A stretch of 64,000 bases of DNA from Octopus vulgaris (lineage: Eukaryota). Both the position numbers and the translations under genes were made by a program. The notes below the pieces were generated by a model, which saw only the letters and a program-made list of their open reading frames with translations, made no database searches and was not told the DNA's origin. Shown here piece after piece: positions 37,520-50,999 of the stretch (position 1 is the stretch's first letter; every line of letters begins with the position of its first letter). The stretch is from contig OX597832.1 in the NCBI GenBank assembly GCA_951406725.2, positions 23,374,001 to 23,438,000 of the forward strand, written 5' to 3'.

Positions 37520-37960
37520 GGATCTTTTCGGTTTGAACGGCAGATTTTTCTAGCGGTGTCATATGAAATTGTCACCCATAAGTATGACCCTAGTATCGGT
37601 CTATTGCATTTCAATCTGTTTTAGGGTTAGGGTTAGTTAGGGTTAGGGTTAAGGTTAGGGGTGGGGGAAGGGTATCTTTTTTTCTTCACAAATGTAAATA
37701 AACCCAATCTGTTTCTTAAACGAGGGACATATTCATACGGCACAGAATGGTTTTTTTTACCTCAATGGACGTCAGTGATTGGCTGAAATTGCAGAAATTG
37801 AAGAAAAAAAATAACAAATATCTTACAAAACATAGAATTTTCTCAATAAAGCTAAGAGAAAAAGATGTTTTATAAACACATTCTACCAGTATATGACGAT
37901 TAACATTTTTTAGTTACCTAGAAATTATGTTAAAAACTGCCGTTCAAACTGAAAAGATCC
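37520..37960. mobile_element. MITE with 24-bp TIRs and internal (TTAGGG)n-like tract
   Basis: TIRs ggatcttttcggtttgaacggcag / ctgccgttcaaactgaaaagatcc (1 mismatch). Flanks taaaaaca / caaaaaca look like an 8-bp TSD with 1 mismatch. Confidence 0.85.
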
Positions 37961-38302
37961 CAAAAACATGTATATAAAGTATTTTACAAAAGAACAGTTT
38001 ATTGCATCTTGAAATAAAATAAAGACGTTTATTGACATCGTATTTGTTATAAGGTAATCGCCACAACTTTTAAAACATGCTGGAAATGCATTCGTTCTGA
38101 CATTGTGACATGTATAATGTCAGGGGTGTATATAAGGTGTTGCATCGTCAGTCAAAGCAATTTCGGTTCTCAACCGCCGCGATTATTAAATAGTACTGGT
38201 GCGTTACAAGTTAAAACCGCATCGTTATTTTCTTTTCCTTTGTACTTTGCAACTTCTCGCATTGTCCCGGCCTTACACAACAAATCTCTTTAAAAATGTG
38301 TG

Positions 38303-38363
<61 letters not shown>

Positions 38364-39100
38364 TTATCTACAATATCATCATGGATAGAGAAAAAGTATC
38401 AACTGGAATAGTTTCATTCCCGTGTTGGTACTTCTTTAGCTACCAAATACGGTCTTTTAAAAGCCTGCGGGAACGTAGTCTATAAAACCAATACTACTAA
38501 AGATTTAAGCAAATTGGAATGACTGATTTATAAAAAATAAGATTAGAAAATATTCTTGAGGGTATGAAGAACACAAAATATGTATACTTAGTCAGGTAGT
38601 TCATAAGAAGACTTAATAGGTCTTCGGAGTAAATATCTCTACGTCTCTGAGCTTGTAAATTCTAGCCCAAGAATTCATTCAAATGCAGTTTTATACTTTG
38701 ATAATAAACTCACAAATTTCTCGCGTCAAATTACGCAGACCACTTTCCAAGTGAGAGTTAGTAACTTTGACAACTCAAAATATAAAAAAAATGCATTTAT
38801 TATTCAGATAATTATTTGCTCATTAGATTTCCTATAAACTAATATACTCTTCAAAAGAATACGAGGGCAAATTGAGATGTCGGTATCTATTGTACTTAGA
38901 ATAAATGTAGTCGTACACAAATTTCCCCCTTGATAATAGAATGATGGCAATTTAGTCATTAACGAAACACGACAGTAGACGTGAAAAATTAACGCATTTC
39001 TATCCAGCGTATTAACGACTATTAAGCGGTAAATTCTCTGCCACGTGCTGCTTTTGTTGTTGTTGTTGTTATTATTATCATTATCATTATTATTATTATT

Positions 39101-39655
39101 CAGTAGTTTTATTTTTATAGCGTGCTTTCACTTCACTACCGAGCGCAGCTCTGTGTGCCTTGGGTATGTGCTGTGATTTGTTGTGATGCTCTGATGGTTA
39201 TTGTATGGAAAGTGTTCTGCGTAGGATGTGTGCAGTGCCTAGTAGTGCAATTTTCTGTATGTTATATGTTTTTGTAAGTCCTGGTGTTTTTGTTATGTAT
39301 TTGTCTGGATATTTTTTTATCATGCCTAATGCACCTACTATGATAGGAATTGTTTCTGTTTTCAGATTCCACATTCTAGTTACCTCTATTTCCAGGTCTT
39401 TGTATTTTGAGAGTTTCTCCATTTCTTTTAGAGACACGTTGTCATCTGCCGGTATTGATACATCAATTAGAAAGCATTTTTTTCTTCATGATCTCTGACA
39501 ACTATATCTGGTCTGTTGGCCTTAATTTCTCTATCTGTGTGTATCGGCATATCCAAGAGTATGGTTGCTTTCTCGTTTTCTGTGACCTTTTCTGGTGTGT
39601 GCCTATAACATCTTTTTTCTGTTGTTATTCCATAATGTTGGCATAGCTTCCACAT
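39101..39655 (-). mobile_element. 5'-truncated R4/Dong-clade LINE (REL endonuclease) inserted in (TAA)n
   Basis: WKLCQHYG...KANRPDIVVRD...LIDVSIP...KEMEKLSKYKDLEIEVTRMWNLKTETIPIIVGALG...TAHILRRTLSIQ*. (TTA)n tracts on both flanks. Confidence 0.88.
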
Positions 39656-39672
39656 CATTATTATTATTATTA

Positions 39673-39738
<66 letters not shown>

Positions 39739-39739
39739 G

Positions 39740-39959
39740 TCTGCGAGCTGGCCGAGTCGTTAGCATGCCTTGCGGAATGCTTAGTTGTATTTCGGAATGT
39801 TTAGTGGTATTTCGTGTCTTTACGTTCGAGTTCAAATGCCGCCGGGGAGATCAATAAAAAAAGTAGCAGTTAAATACTGGGGTCGAAGTAATCGACTCAT
39901 CCCCTACTCAAAAATTGCTGCCCTTGTGGCAAAATTTAAAACCATTATTATCATTATTA

Positions 39960-40000
<41 letters not shown>

Positions 40001-40091
40001 ATTATTATTATTATTATCATCATCATCATCATCATTATCATTATCATCATCATCATCATCATCATCAACATCATCATCATCATCATCATCA

Positions 40092-40141
<50 letters not shown>

Positions 40142-40420
40142 GTTGTTGTTGTTGTCGTTGTTGTTGTTGTTTTTGTTGTTGTTGTTGTTGTTGTTGTTAT
40201 TCAGGCGGCGAGCTGGCAGAATCTTTAGCACGCCGGGCAAAATGCTTCGCGGCATTTCGTCTGTCTTTACGTTCTGCGTTCTAATTCCACTGACACCGAC
40301 ATTGTCTGTCATCATTTCGGGGTTGATAAAATAAGTACCAGTGAAACACTGGTAGAACGACATAATCGACTTAATCCCGCTCCCTAAATTACTGGCCCTA
40401 TGCCAATATTTGTAACCAGT
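39740..40420 (+). mobile_element. Two degenerate SINE family B copies separated by (TTA)n(TCA)n(TTG)n
   Basis: Heads at about 39740 and 40203. Confidence 0.72.
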
Positions 40421-41171
40421 ATTATTGTTTTTTGTATTGTTGCAGTCACTAAGATGGCAAATTGATAGATTCGTTAGAGGGTAGGGAACTTCTAAACGGT
40501 ATTTTTTTCGTTTTTTACTTTTACATTTTTAGTTCATATCCCACCAAACCTATGCTCTGCATCTCTTCGGGGACGAAAGAATAAAATACCAATCAGGAAC
40601 TGTTGCCGATGAGGTTGACTTGTGTTCTCCCTCCAACACTGCCGGCGTTGCGCACCAAATAGAAAGCATTCATATTAATTATCAAGACAGACGGTGGTGT
40701 TGATGTTAATAATTTCCAGATGGAATTTAAGCGAACAAAGCTACACAATTCATCAAGGATTATTTTGAGATTTCATTTTCTTTAAAGCGGTAGGATGTAC
40801 GGGCTAGCGTATGAAGACACTTCCTGCTGTTTCTAGCTAGCTCAGAAACCCCATACAGGCTTTCGTGTTGTCTCCTACGGTAAGCCGATGCTTTTTATGG
40901 CGACATATATCCGATCTCTTTAGATGAGATTTTTTAAAAAATTAATGATAAAGTGTTGCCGTCAGGAAACTTTCCCCAAAGATTCAATTCTTCACCTGTT
41001 CTGTCAACACTACATCGATATGTTCATCCATTCATACATACATACATACATACATGCATGCATACATACATACATACATACATACATACATACATACATA
41101 CATACATAAATACATACATACACGCACGTATATTTTATACATAGATATATATTTAGAGAGAGAGACAGACA

Positions 41172-41374
41172 GACAGTCACGCATACATACATAGGCGCAG
41201 AAGTGGCTGTGAGGTAAATAGCTTGCTTACCAACCACATGGTTCCCGGTTCAGTCCCACTACGTGGCACCTTGGGCAAGTGTCTTCTACTATAACCTCGG
41301 GCCAACCAAAGCCTTGTGAGTGGATTTGGTAGACGGAAACTGAAAGAAGCCCGACGTATATATGTATATGTATG

Positions 41375-41407
<33 letters not shown>

Positions 41408-41558
41408 TTGTGTGTGTGTCTGTGTTTGTCCCCCCAACATCGCTTGATAACCTATGCTGGTGTGTTCACGTCCCCGTAACTTAGCGGTTCGGCAAAAGAG
41501 ACTGATAGAATAAGCACTAGGCTTACAAAGAATAAGTCCTGAGGTCGATTTGCTCGAC
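41172..41558 (+). mobile_element. SINE family A copy (3'-truncated)
   Basis: Family A head and body, ending at gtcgatttgctcgac. Confidence 0.88.
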
Positions 41559-41799
41559 AACATCGATATGTTCATCCATTCATACATACACACATACATA
41601 CATACAGACAGACAGACATACACATACACACACACATTAATCCGGGGTACGGTATGGTACCAGCGTTGCTAGAAATAAGAGTCGAGAAATTCTCTAATAA
41701 GCTAAAATATCACTGAAAACTTAACAGGCTAGCCACTTGTATCATTATTATTAATTAATAATATCTTTATGTGTTTGCATATATATATATATATGATAG

Positions 41800-41980
41800 A
41801 TCGTTAGCTCCTACACGCATTTTTTCTCTCCTTGTTTTTTTTTCTGTGTATCTTTCTGTCGGAGAGCGTAGGCTCGAAACGTAAAAGACTTTTTCTACTC
41901 CTGAGCGCTATACTAATACATTTGTTTGTTTGTACTCCACCTGCCTTCTTCTTTTGTTTATTTTCGTAAACTTTCCCTTT
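41800..41980 (+). mobile_element. Short non-autonomous PLE-derived element with hammerhead-like fold (41851-41888)
   Basis: UCUUU CUGUCGG A GAGC-GUAG-GCUC GAAA CG UA AAAGA. Same family as 10081-10235 and related to 21230-21412; embedded in (TA)n. Confidence 0.62.
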
Positions 41981-42002
41981 ATATATATATATTCTTTTCC
42001 CT

Positions 42003-42423
42003 AGTTTCAGCTCAGAGCTGCGGCCATGCTGATGCACCGCCGTTTTGTGCTACACTGTTATTACGACGAACCTCGTCTAAAATGTGGCATTTGGTGAAGA
42101 ATGGAGTTTGATACAGCTACTCTCATTTGCACCTCTTGCCGTGAGGTAGGTTCATCTGGGACTCTTGACAGGAAGATGTCCAGCTTTCCTGAAGCGTGAT
42201 GGCATTGCTGGGATCTTTGGCACTATGCAGTGTCGTCCCGTTCAAGCATTGGTGTAGCTTACAATGCCAAAATTTGGCACAATTCCTTCCAGGATCCTCC
42301 AGACATATATTACTGCATACCTCTCCCGTCTTCTCTCCAGGCAGTAGAGTCTTAGCTGTTTCAACCTTTCCCAGTAGCTGAGCTGTTGCAAAGAGACGAT
42401 CTTCTTTGTGAATCTTCTCTGGA
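42003..42423 (-). mobile_element. CR1/L2-group LINE 3' end fragment
   Basis: [54 protein letters not shown]. The 3' tail ggcggtgcatcagcatggccgcagctctgagctgaaac matches the SINE family A tail. Confidence 0.82.
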
Positions 42424-42861
42424 TATATATATGTTCAGAAGCATATCATGAATTTTCATTTGGAAATGTTTGACACTGAAATATATCAATGTATGCATGT
42501 ATGTATGCATGTATGTATCTATGTATGTATATATGTATGTATGTATGCATGTATGCAAGTATGTATGTATGTATTTATGCATGCATGTATGTATGTATGT
42601 ATGTATGTATGTATGTATGTATGTATGTATTTATGTATGTATGTATGTATGTATGTATGTATGTATGTATGTATGTATATGTATGTATGCATGTATGAAT
42701 GTATGTATGTACAGGTGTACCGAGAAAAAATAAACGTTGGCCGATTTAAAATGAATAACCATTCTTTTGCGTCGCATCTGCATGTTATCTTGTTTCGATA
42801 TTATTTGGATTTTGCAATTAATGCGTCTCTCTCTATGGATGTATGTATATATATATATGTG

Positions 42862-42968
<107 letters not shown>

Positions 42969-42990
42969 ATTTATATATATATATATTTAC

Positions 42991-43043
<53 letters not shown>

Positions 43044-43055
43044 TGTGTATAAGAT

Positions 43056-43148
<93 letters not shown>

Positions 43149-43346
43149 CAGACAAACCGTTTTTAAATTCATACTGAAATTCAAGTACTGTATTAACTAA
43201 ATTTCTACCCTAAACCAGCATGGAAGAATTACCTAATTGGTTCCGATCGGAAATATACCTCGAAAGAATTTTTAAACTGATACGCATACATAACTCCACA
43301 CAGAAGTACCTGTGCACGCATTTAAAAACATACATACTTACATATG

Positions 43347-43404
<58 letters not shown>

Positions 43405-43706
43405 CATATATATATATATCATATATATATATATTATATATCATATATATATATATTATATATCATATATATATATATATGTTGTATTGTACCATGCAAT
43501 CTCATTCAATTTTATGCAATATAGTAATTAGGTCCTACTTTTATAAAGACTGAGGGAATAAATTTTGTTAATATATACTTATATTTCCGTTTGAATTTTT
43601 AAATATTTTACGTGCATAATCAATAATTTCCTCATATATACATATTATACACACAAACACACACACACACAAACACAAACACTCACACACACTCTTACAC
43701 GCCCAA

Positions 43707-43751
<45 letters not shown>

Positions 43752-44149
43752 AATATATATAAATAAATATATATATACCGCACACATACTTAAATAGTAT
43801 ATATGTAGGTATATATGCGTTTATGTATAATTACTGATATAATTTATTTGTAAATAATTTCTATTTGATAATTTATTTTATACTTTGTTGCTACTTTTGT
43901 TGGTAGATTATAAGGCCAATAGCGTGTAGAATCCAAATAGAATCACACAAAATAATTTGCGATATTTAATCAGCCTCATTATGTTCTCTTTTGTGTCGAA
44001 TATTTCATGTTTTTCGGTGTTTCGTATGCAAGCCGGCGGGTTCAGTTTGCGTACCTTCATTTTGTTATAGTGTACATACCGGCCGCCTCGGTCACGTAGG
44101 CGTGGAGCTCCCATTAAAACTGAAAAGCTAATTTTGTTGTAATAAACTA

Positions 44150-44530
44150 CCAGGAGTGGCTGTGTGGTAAGTATCGTGTTTCCGGGTTCAGTCCCACTGC
44201 GTGGCACCTAGGGCAAGTGTCTTCTACTGTAGCCTCGAGCAGACCAAAGCCTTGTGAGTGGATTTGGTAGACGGAAACTGAAAGAAGCCCGTCGTTTATA
44301 TATATGTATATATGTATTTGTGTGTATATGTTTGTCTGTGTTTGTCCCCCTAGCATCGCTTGACAACCGATGCTGGTGTGTTTATGTCCCCGTTACTTAG
44401 CGGTTCGGCAAAAGAGACCGATAGAATAAGTACTGGGCTTACAAAAGAATAAGTCTTGGGGTCGAGTTGCTCGATTAAAGGTGGTGCTCCAGCATGGCCG
44501 CAGTCAAATGACTGAAACAAGTAAAAGAGC
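44150..44530 (+). mobile_element. SINE family A copy
   Basis: Matches family A from head to tail. Confidence 0.88.
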
Positions 44531-44587
44531 AAAGAGCATTATGGCCCTTCAAATTGCTGATGTGGTGATTATGCTAATGATGTTTTG

Positions 44588-44910
44588 TGGCACTCCGTCG
44601 GTTACGACGACGCAGGTTCCAGTTGATCCCGTGAAATTAATGTGCAAGTGGCGTCTGAGCATTTCACAGACACGTGTACCCTTAACATAGTTCACCGGGA
44701 GATTCAGCGTGACAACAGTTTGTGAGAAGGTTTGGCCCTTTCAAATACAGGTACAACAGAAACAGGAAGAAAGAGTGCCGGAGCCACGTGAAACTTTTAT
44801 ATGTCTTTGCTCAATAAATATGCACAACGCCCGGTCTGGGAACCGAAACCGCGATCCTACGATACGTCCGCATGTCTGCCGCCTTAACAACTAGGCCATT
44901 GCGCTTTCGT
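44588..44910 (-). mobile_element. SINE family C copy
   Basis: Reverse complement of 25081-25457 with deletions. Confidence 0.82.
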
Positions 44911-45689
44911 GTTAATGTTAGGAAACACGGATATTTATACCTCTGTTATTACACACATTTTTTTCGTGTCCAATGAAAAGAAAAGCATGCTTTAATCAGC
45001 AACCTCTTATCGTAAATATAGATCCTACAGTATGTATTGAGTGCTTCTTTCTATTGTTTGAATAGACAATCACACACAGCCACATACATACAGACACAAC
45101 GCGCTATTTGTAATTTGAATAAGTGTTTATATATACACTCATATATGTAATTATATACACACTATATATGTACACAAACACACACACATATATATATATA
45201 TAAATCAAAGATATATGAACATATACCTGTATTTATATGCGTGTCTGTGTGTGTGTATGTGTGTACACACGTACACTAACACACACATGTATGTATGTTT
45301 GTATGTTTGTATGTATACATAAATAAAGTAGTGTGTACGTAAATATATCTGTGTTTGAATGCAATTTACAAACACGAATAGATGAGAGCGACCTGTTTCC
45401 ACCCAAAGAGACAAATAGAGATATGAATCCTGAAAGAGACAGAGAGAGAGAATGAGATAGAGAAAGAGAGAGAGAGGTGTTCAATGGTAGAGGAGTCGCC
45501 ATCTTTTGTCTTGCTACACAATATATTCTTTGACGTCAGCAGCCGTGTGTCGCACGCAAAATGCAATGCATGGCGCTCTTTGTAATTGGAACTCTTGGTT
45601 GGAATGAAAGCATCTTAACAGTCTTTGAGGTCATCAGTAAGAAAGCACGAGGAAGAATGGAGGTCTAGCAGAGAGATCAACAGCCCCAT

Positions 45690-45693
45690 GTAA

Positions 45694-45786
<93 letters not shown>

Positions 45787-46276
45787 ATATATATATATAT
45801 ATGTATAAACATGTATATATATATATACATACAAACATACATATATATATATGTATAAACATGTATATATATATATATATATATACAAACATACATATAT
45901 ATATGTATGTATATATTATATATGTATGTATGCATGTATTATTATTATTATTATATATAAATATATGAGTGTGTGTGTGCATATGTGTATGTATGCATGC
46001 ATGTATGTATGTATACATATATATATATATATGTATACACACACACATATATATATATATATACATACATATTTATACATATATATATACATACACACAT
46101 TTATACATGTATATATATATATATATATATACATACATGCATATTTATACATATAGATATATACATGCACACACATATATACACATACATGTTCATCTAT
46201 ACATTTGAGCATATATGTGTGTGTGTGTATGTTTGCATGTAAGCATATCTGTACTGATGCAGAGATGTAAAATAGA

Positions 46277-46314
<38 letters not shown>

Positions 46315-46325
46315 TCACACACACA
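45690..46325. repeat. Long compound (TA)n/(TG)n/(CA)n low-complexity tract
   Basis: Direct reading; comparable tracts at 105-490, 13713-14040, 48235-48860 and 55470-55910. Confidence 0.95.
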
Positions 46326-46702
46326 TTGTGCCTGTATTTCATGGGAAGACTAGTGAACATGCTGAAAAGCTGAAGGAGACTTCGTTAGAAAGGTGATGAG
46401 ATTTGAAACAAAAAAATAAGTGAGAATTTGTGAATTGAGAAATATTGATTTCTCTTTTTTGAACAACTCTTTCTACATTTTGTAATTTTCAAATGAGGAA
46501 TAATGAAATTTTGCAAACTGACACATTTGTGTTCTCTACAAAATGGATAGAAACTACAGCTCAGAATCCATTTTGAAATCTTATTTAGGGAACAATAAAA
46601 ATAAAAGCAACTATACACAAAAATAAACAAAGAACTACTAACCCTAAAAAATGTCTTGAAAAACTGCTACATGTCTCTGAGTATAGCTAGCAATTGCTTT
46701 AC

Positions 46703-46786
<84 letters not shown>

Positions 46787-46811
46787 AAGAAGTAGTAGTA
46801 GTAGTAGTAGC

Positions 46812-46852
<41 letters not shown>

Positions 46853-46965
46853 CGATGGTGGTAGTAGTATTGGAGGTGGTGGTGTTAGTAGTAGTTGCCA
46901 TTGTTTGTTTGATTGTGGAGGTGGTGGTGGTGGTGGTGAAGGTTTTTCTGGTGGTGGTAATGGTG
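46703..46965. repeat. (TAG)n/(GGT)n microsatellite
   Basis: Direct reading. Confidence 0.95.
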
Positions 46966-47188
46966 CTGGCAGAAACGTTTGCACACCGGGCGAAATGCTT
47001 AGCGGTGTTTCGTCTGCCGTTACGTTGTGAGTTCAAATTCCGCGCAGGTCGACTTTGTCTTTCATCATTTCGGGGTCGATAAATTAAGTACCAGTTACGC
47101 ACTGGGGTCGATGTAATCGAATTAATACCTATGTCTGTCCTTGTTTGTCCCCTCTGTGTCTAGCCCCCTGTGGGTAATAAAGAAATAG
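46965..47188 (+). mobile_element. SINE family B copy within a (TAG)n/(GGT)n tract
   Basis: Family B consensus from head to tail. Confidence 0.85.
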
Positions 47189-48609
47189 GTAATGGTGGTA
47201 GTGGTTAGTGATGGTTGTGGGGCTGACTGTACTGGTGATGTTGTTTATAGTAATAGTAGTAGTAGTAGTAGTAGTAGTCGTTTGTGATGGTAGTGTTTGT
47301 AGTAGTCATAGTTGTGGCAGCGGTAGTGGTGGTGGTTGTGATGGTGGCGGTGGTGGTGGCGGTGGTGGTGGCTTTGGTGGTAGTGGCGGTGGTGAAGCTA
47401 AGTAACCGTTCAACTTGTGCCCAATACCTCTTTATCATCATGGGCGTTCCACATCACGTACAGGAATCGAACCAAGGACGAACTGAATCGCCAGTATATG
47501 ACTTAACAGAAATAGTGTAAAATCTATTTGCTGGTATTCCACGTATCTATGGAGTACTCAACCGTTTACATGTTAATTTCACTAGTAAGGATTGATCCAA
47601 TCGAACTCGAACAACTGAATATTTATCGCCGCCACCGACGAAGAACCCTCCAAAACATCCTCCAACACTCAACAATACGTATTCCATAGACAACACATCG
47701 ATTTAGCAGGGGTCACGACACGAATCTACAAATTTCTAAAGACATTGCTTACTTCCAGCTTCAATGTATAGTGACTCCGATGTGACTCTACATTTAAAAA
47801 ACCTTTGGCTTATTTCATAGTTTAGTATATATATATATATATATATATATATCCCCTAGCTTTTGTTTGGTTGAGTAAAGCTTTGTTTAACAATGTTTAC
47901 CTCTCTCACATGCTGTTATAACAGTGATTAAGTAACGTTATGATATACAACATATTATGTTGATACTGATTCCATTAGTTATTAAGCATTTCAAAGCCGG
48001 GAAGGTTGTAAATATTTAGATATGAAGAGATGAGGCATTTTCGATAATACGTATCAAACAGCGATTTTATAGCCAACTGATAACCTGCATGTAATGTTGC
48101 GCGATGTGTTTAATTACATCAATCTAGATGCGACATTGGCAATTATTTCATCGGAAGTAACACGATAAATGGCATCGTGGTTCACATTGTAAATATAAAT
48201 TGGGGATAATTCGCTAGATATGCATAGGTATACATTATATATATGTGTGTATGTATGTATGTATGTATATATGTATGTATGTATTATGTATGTATGTTTG
48301 TATGTATGCATGTATGTATGCATGTATATATGTATATATGTATATGCATTTATATATATGTATATGTGTATATATGTGTGTGCGTATATTTATGGATGTA
48401 CGACGTATGTTGTCCATACAAATATATATACATATATATACACACATATATACATATGTGTATACATATATATATACATATATATATATACGTATATATA
48501 TATACATATATATACATACATATATATATATATATATATGTGTGTATGTGTGTCTGTACGTATATATATATATATATGCGTGTATATATATATATATATA
48601 TACATACAG

Positions 48610-48653
<44 letters not shown>

Positions 48654-48768
48654 ATATATGTATATATATATACGTATATATATATATATGTATATATATG
48701 TATACACATATGTATATATGTGTGTATATATACATACATATATATATATGTGTGTGTGTGTATGTATA

Positions 48769-48824
<56 letters not shown>

Positions 48825-49661
48825 CAGATATATATATATATATAGTGAGAGAGAGAGAAAGAGGCAAGCGCACACACATGCAAAACTAAAGCACTTCAAA
48901 AGTTATGTCAATAAATTTCTCATTTCCATTCAGCTCTTGTCAACTGCATTAAACGACTTAGCGAGACTCACATTTGGCACACATATATTATAACCAATCC
49001 CTTTTATGATTTTAACTTGGAACGTAACGAAATGTAACGAAATACATTAATTATACAACATATTCACCGTGTAGCTTTTAGTTATGCCATTCAAGGCACT
49101 TAATTGCTGCTAGTAAGGCCGAGCTTAAATTATACCCGTTTGAAATGTCATCAAATGCTGCGATTTTATACAAGATGCCTAGAAAATATAAAGCCTCTTA
49201 TTAGCTACATTTTATTGATTTGTCAAGTGTACTATACTGTAATAATCTATGTGTTTTGTCTGTTCGTTGGGGCCCCAGAATATGTTATGGCGTACATGCA
49301 ACGATAAGTGGATTTATTGATAAATACCACCCATCTGTATAACTGGCGTTCTACGTCAGGTTGGCTCTTGATTCAACGTCGGGCCCATGCCACAGTGCTG
49401 ACAACTAAGTCGTTCATTGTTAGATTTTGGAGAATGTTTGATCCTAACAAAGGACGAAGACTATTCAATATATGTTGATGTTACTGGTAAAGACAGACAA
49501 TATGAAATTGAGGACCTACGAAATGAGGGGGTGGTTTTAAGCACAGTATGGTGAAACACATCTCGAAAACGACCCAATGACGATTCATTGAGATAATCTT
49601 TGAGGTATTTTACCTGATAGCTTATGGTATTTAATTTCTTTGTTTTAGATTCTCAAGCAGC

Positions 49662-49813
49662 GTTACTCATTTTTGCCAGCTGAGTGGACTGGAGCAACGT
49701 GAAATGAAGTTCTTTTTCCTCAAGAACACAACGCGTCGCCCGGTCCTGGAATCGAAACCACAATCTTACGATCATGATGCTGACACCCTAACCACTAAGC
49801 CACGCGCCTCCAC
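49662..49813 (-). mobile_element. tRNA-derived SINE family D, 5' part
   Basis: Minus strand gtggaggcgcgtggcttagtggttagggtg...ggtttcgattccagg, then ttgtgttcttgag...cacgttgctccagtccactcagctg. Confidence 0.75.
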
Positions 49814-50439
49814 TAGGTTGTCAAGTACTTCTTCCAAAGAAGCACATTACTGGAACCGTAGCTAATATAAGATAAATTTGGTGTTATAGATCTTGAAGCA
49901 TTGTCCGAGAATCGACGGAACGGTTGAGGATGGCGCACACTTTATCAAAGCTTTATTCGATCCAAGCCGGCCTTGGACGAAACGACAACGACAACGAAGT
50001 TTCTCTTTTGAAATAGAAACAAAGATCTCGTAAGTCATAACAAAAAATCTGATAAACTTTTCTTTAACTTTCTTCAGACATTTTAACTAATTTTTGCTTA
50101 ATTAATGTTCAGTAATTTCCAATGATAGATCACGTATTTTTTCAAGATTTTAAATTAAATTCTAACGTCTGCAGACATATGTTAATTTCCTGTACACAAC
50201 ACATGTAAGAGAAGTAATGACTAAGTCGTAGGTTAATTATTTAACAAAAGTTTCAGTAAAAATCTTTACATCGAAGACTAAATTTCCAGTAAAAATAACA
50301 AGAAAACTTTTGTTGTTAACAGAAAATTATGGAAACCGTGCGTATGACGCAGCCGGCTTAAACGCTGCCGGGTGAACAATCAGATGAAAATTCTGCTGTT
50401 ACTATTAAGTCGACCAGTCTGCATTATATTCCTGCTTTC

Positions 50440-50510
50440 AAATAACCTGTTTAACTTAGTCTGCTTAGTCGTAAATAACCTGTTTAACTCAGTCTGCTTA
50501 GTCGTAAATA
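50440..50510 (+). repeat. 33-bp tandem duplication
   Basis: aaataacctgtttaact(t/c)agtctgcttagtcgt twice. Confidence 0.85.
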
Positions 50511-50940
50511 GATACCATTTAGTGGTTCAATCAATTACTGCAAAAGAGATTTAGTTGGTGGTAAGAAGAAAATAGGTGAGAGTATATGCGTGCATGTATA
50601 TATGTACGTACGTACGTACGTACGTAGGTTTGTGTATGTGTGTGTGTGTATATATGTGTATATGTGTGGTTTGAGTGCGTGTGTGGGTGTGTATGTATGT
50701 ATGTATATAACACAAGAAATATGTTTTGCTTTTTTTATGGAAACAAAAGTCTGATGAAGTCCCTTTCCAATGTCTAAAACTGCAAATGGGACTTGATTTT
50801 TCATTTAGAATTTTCGCGTAAACTGGCTTTACAAAAGGAGATAGTACAGAAACATTTGTAACTATTAATTAAAGATGTGTTAAATAATGTTCTTTGTCTT
50901 CTTCTTTTCTTTAATATATTATATACATGTGTGTGTGTAT

Positions 50941-50999
<59 letters not shown>

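Noticed and set aside
37620-37660. TTAGGG repeats as telomere or chromosome-fusion relic
   Set aside because: Short, degenerate and enclosed within MITE TIRs.
50752-50800. CTGATGA followed by a hairpin; also resembles a SECIS pattern (ATGA..AA..GA)
   Set aside because: No GAAA follows the stem, so it is not a hammerhead. The pairing register gives a plain Watson-Crick stem (AAGUCCC/GGGACUU) rather than the tandem G.A quartet, and there is no selenoprotein ORF nearby.
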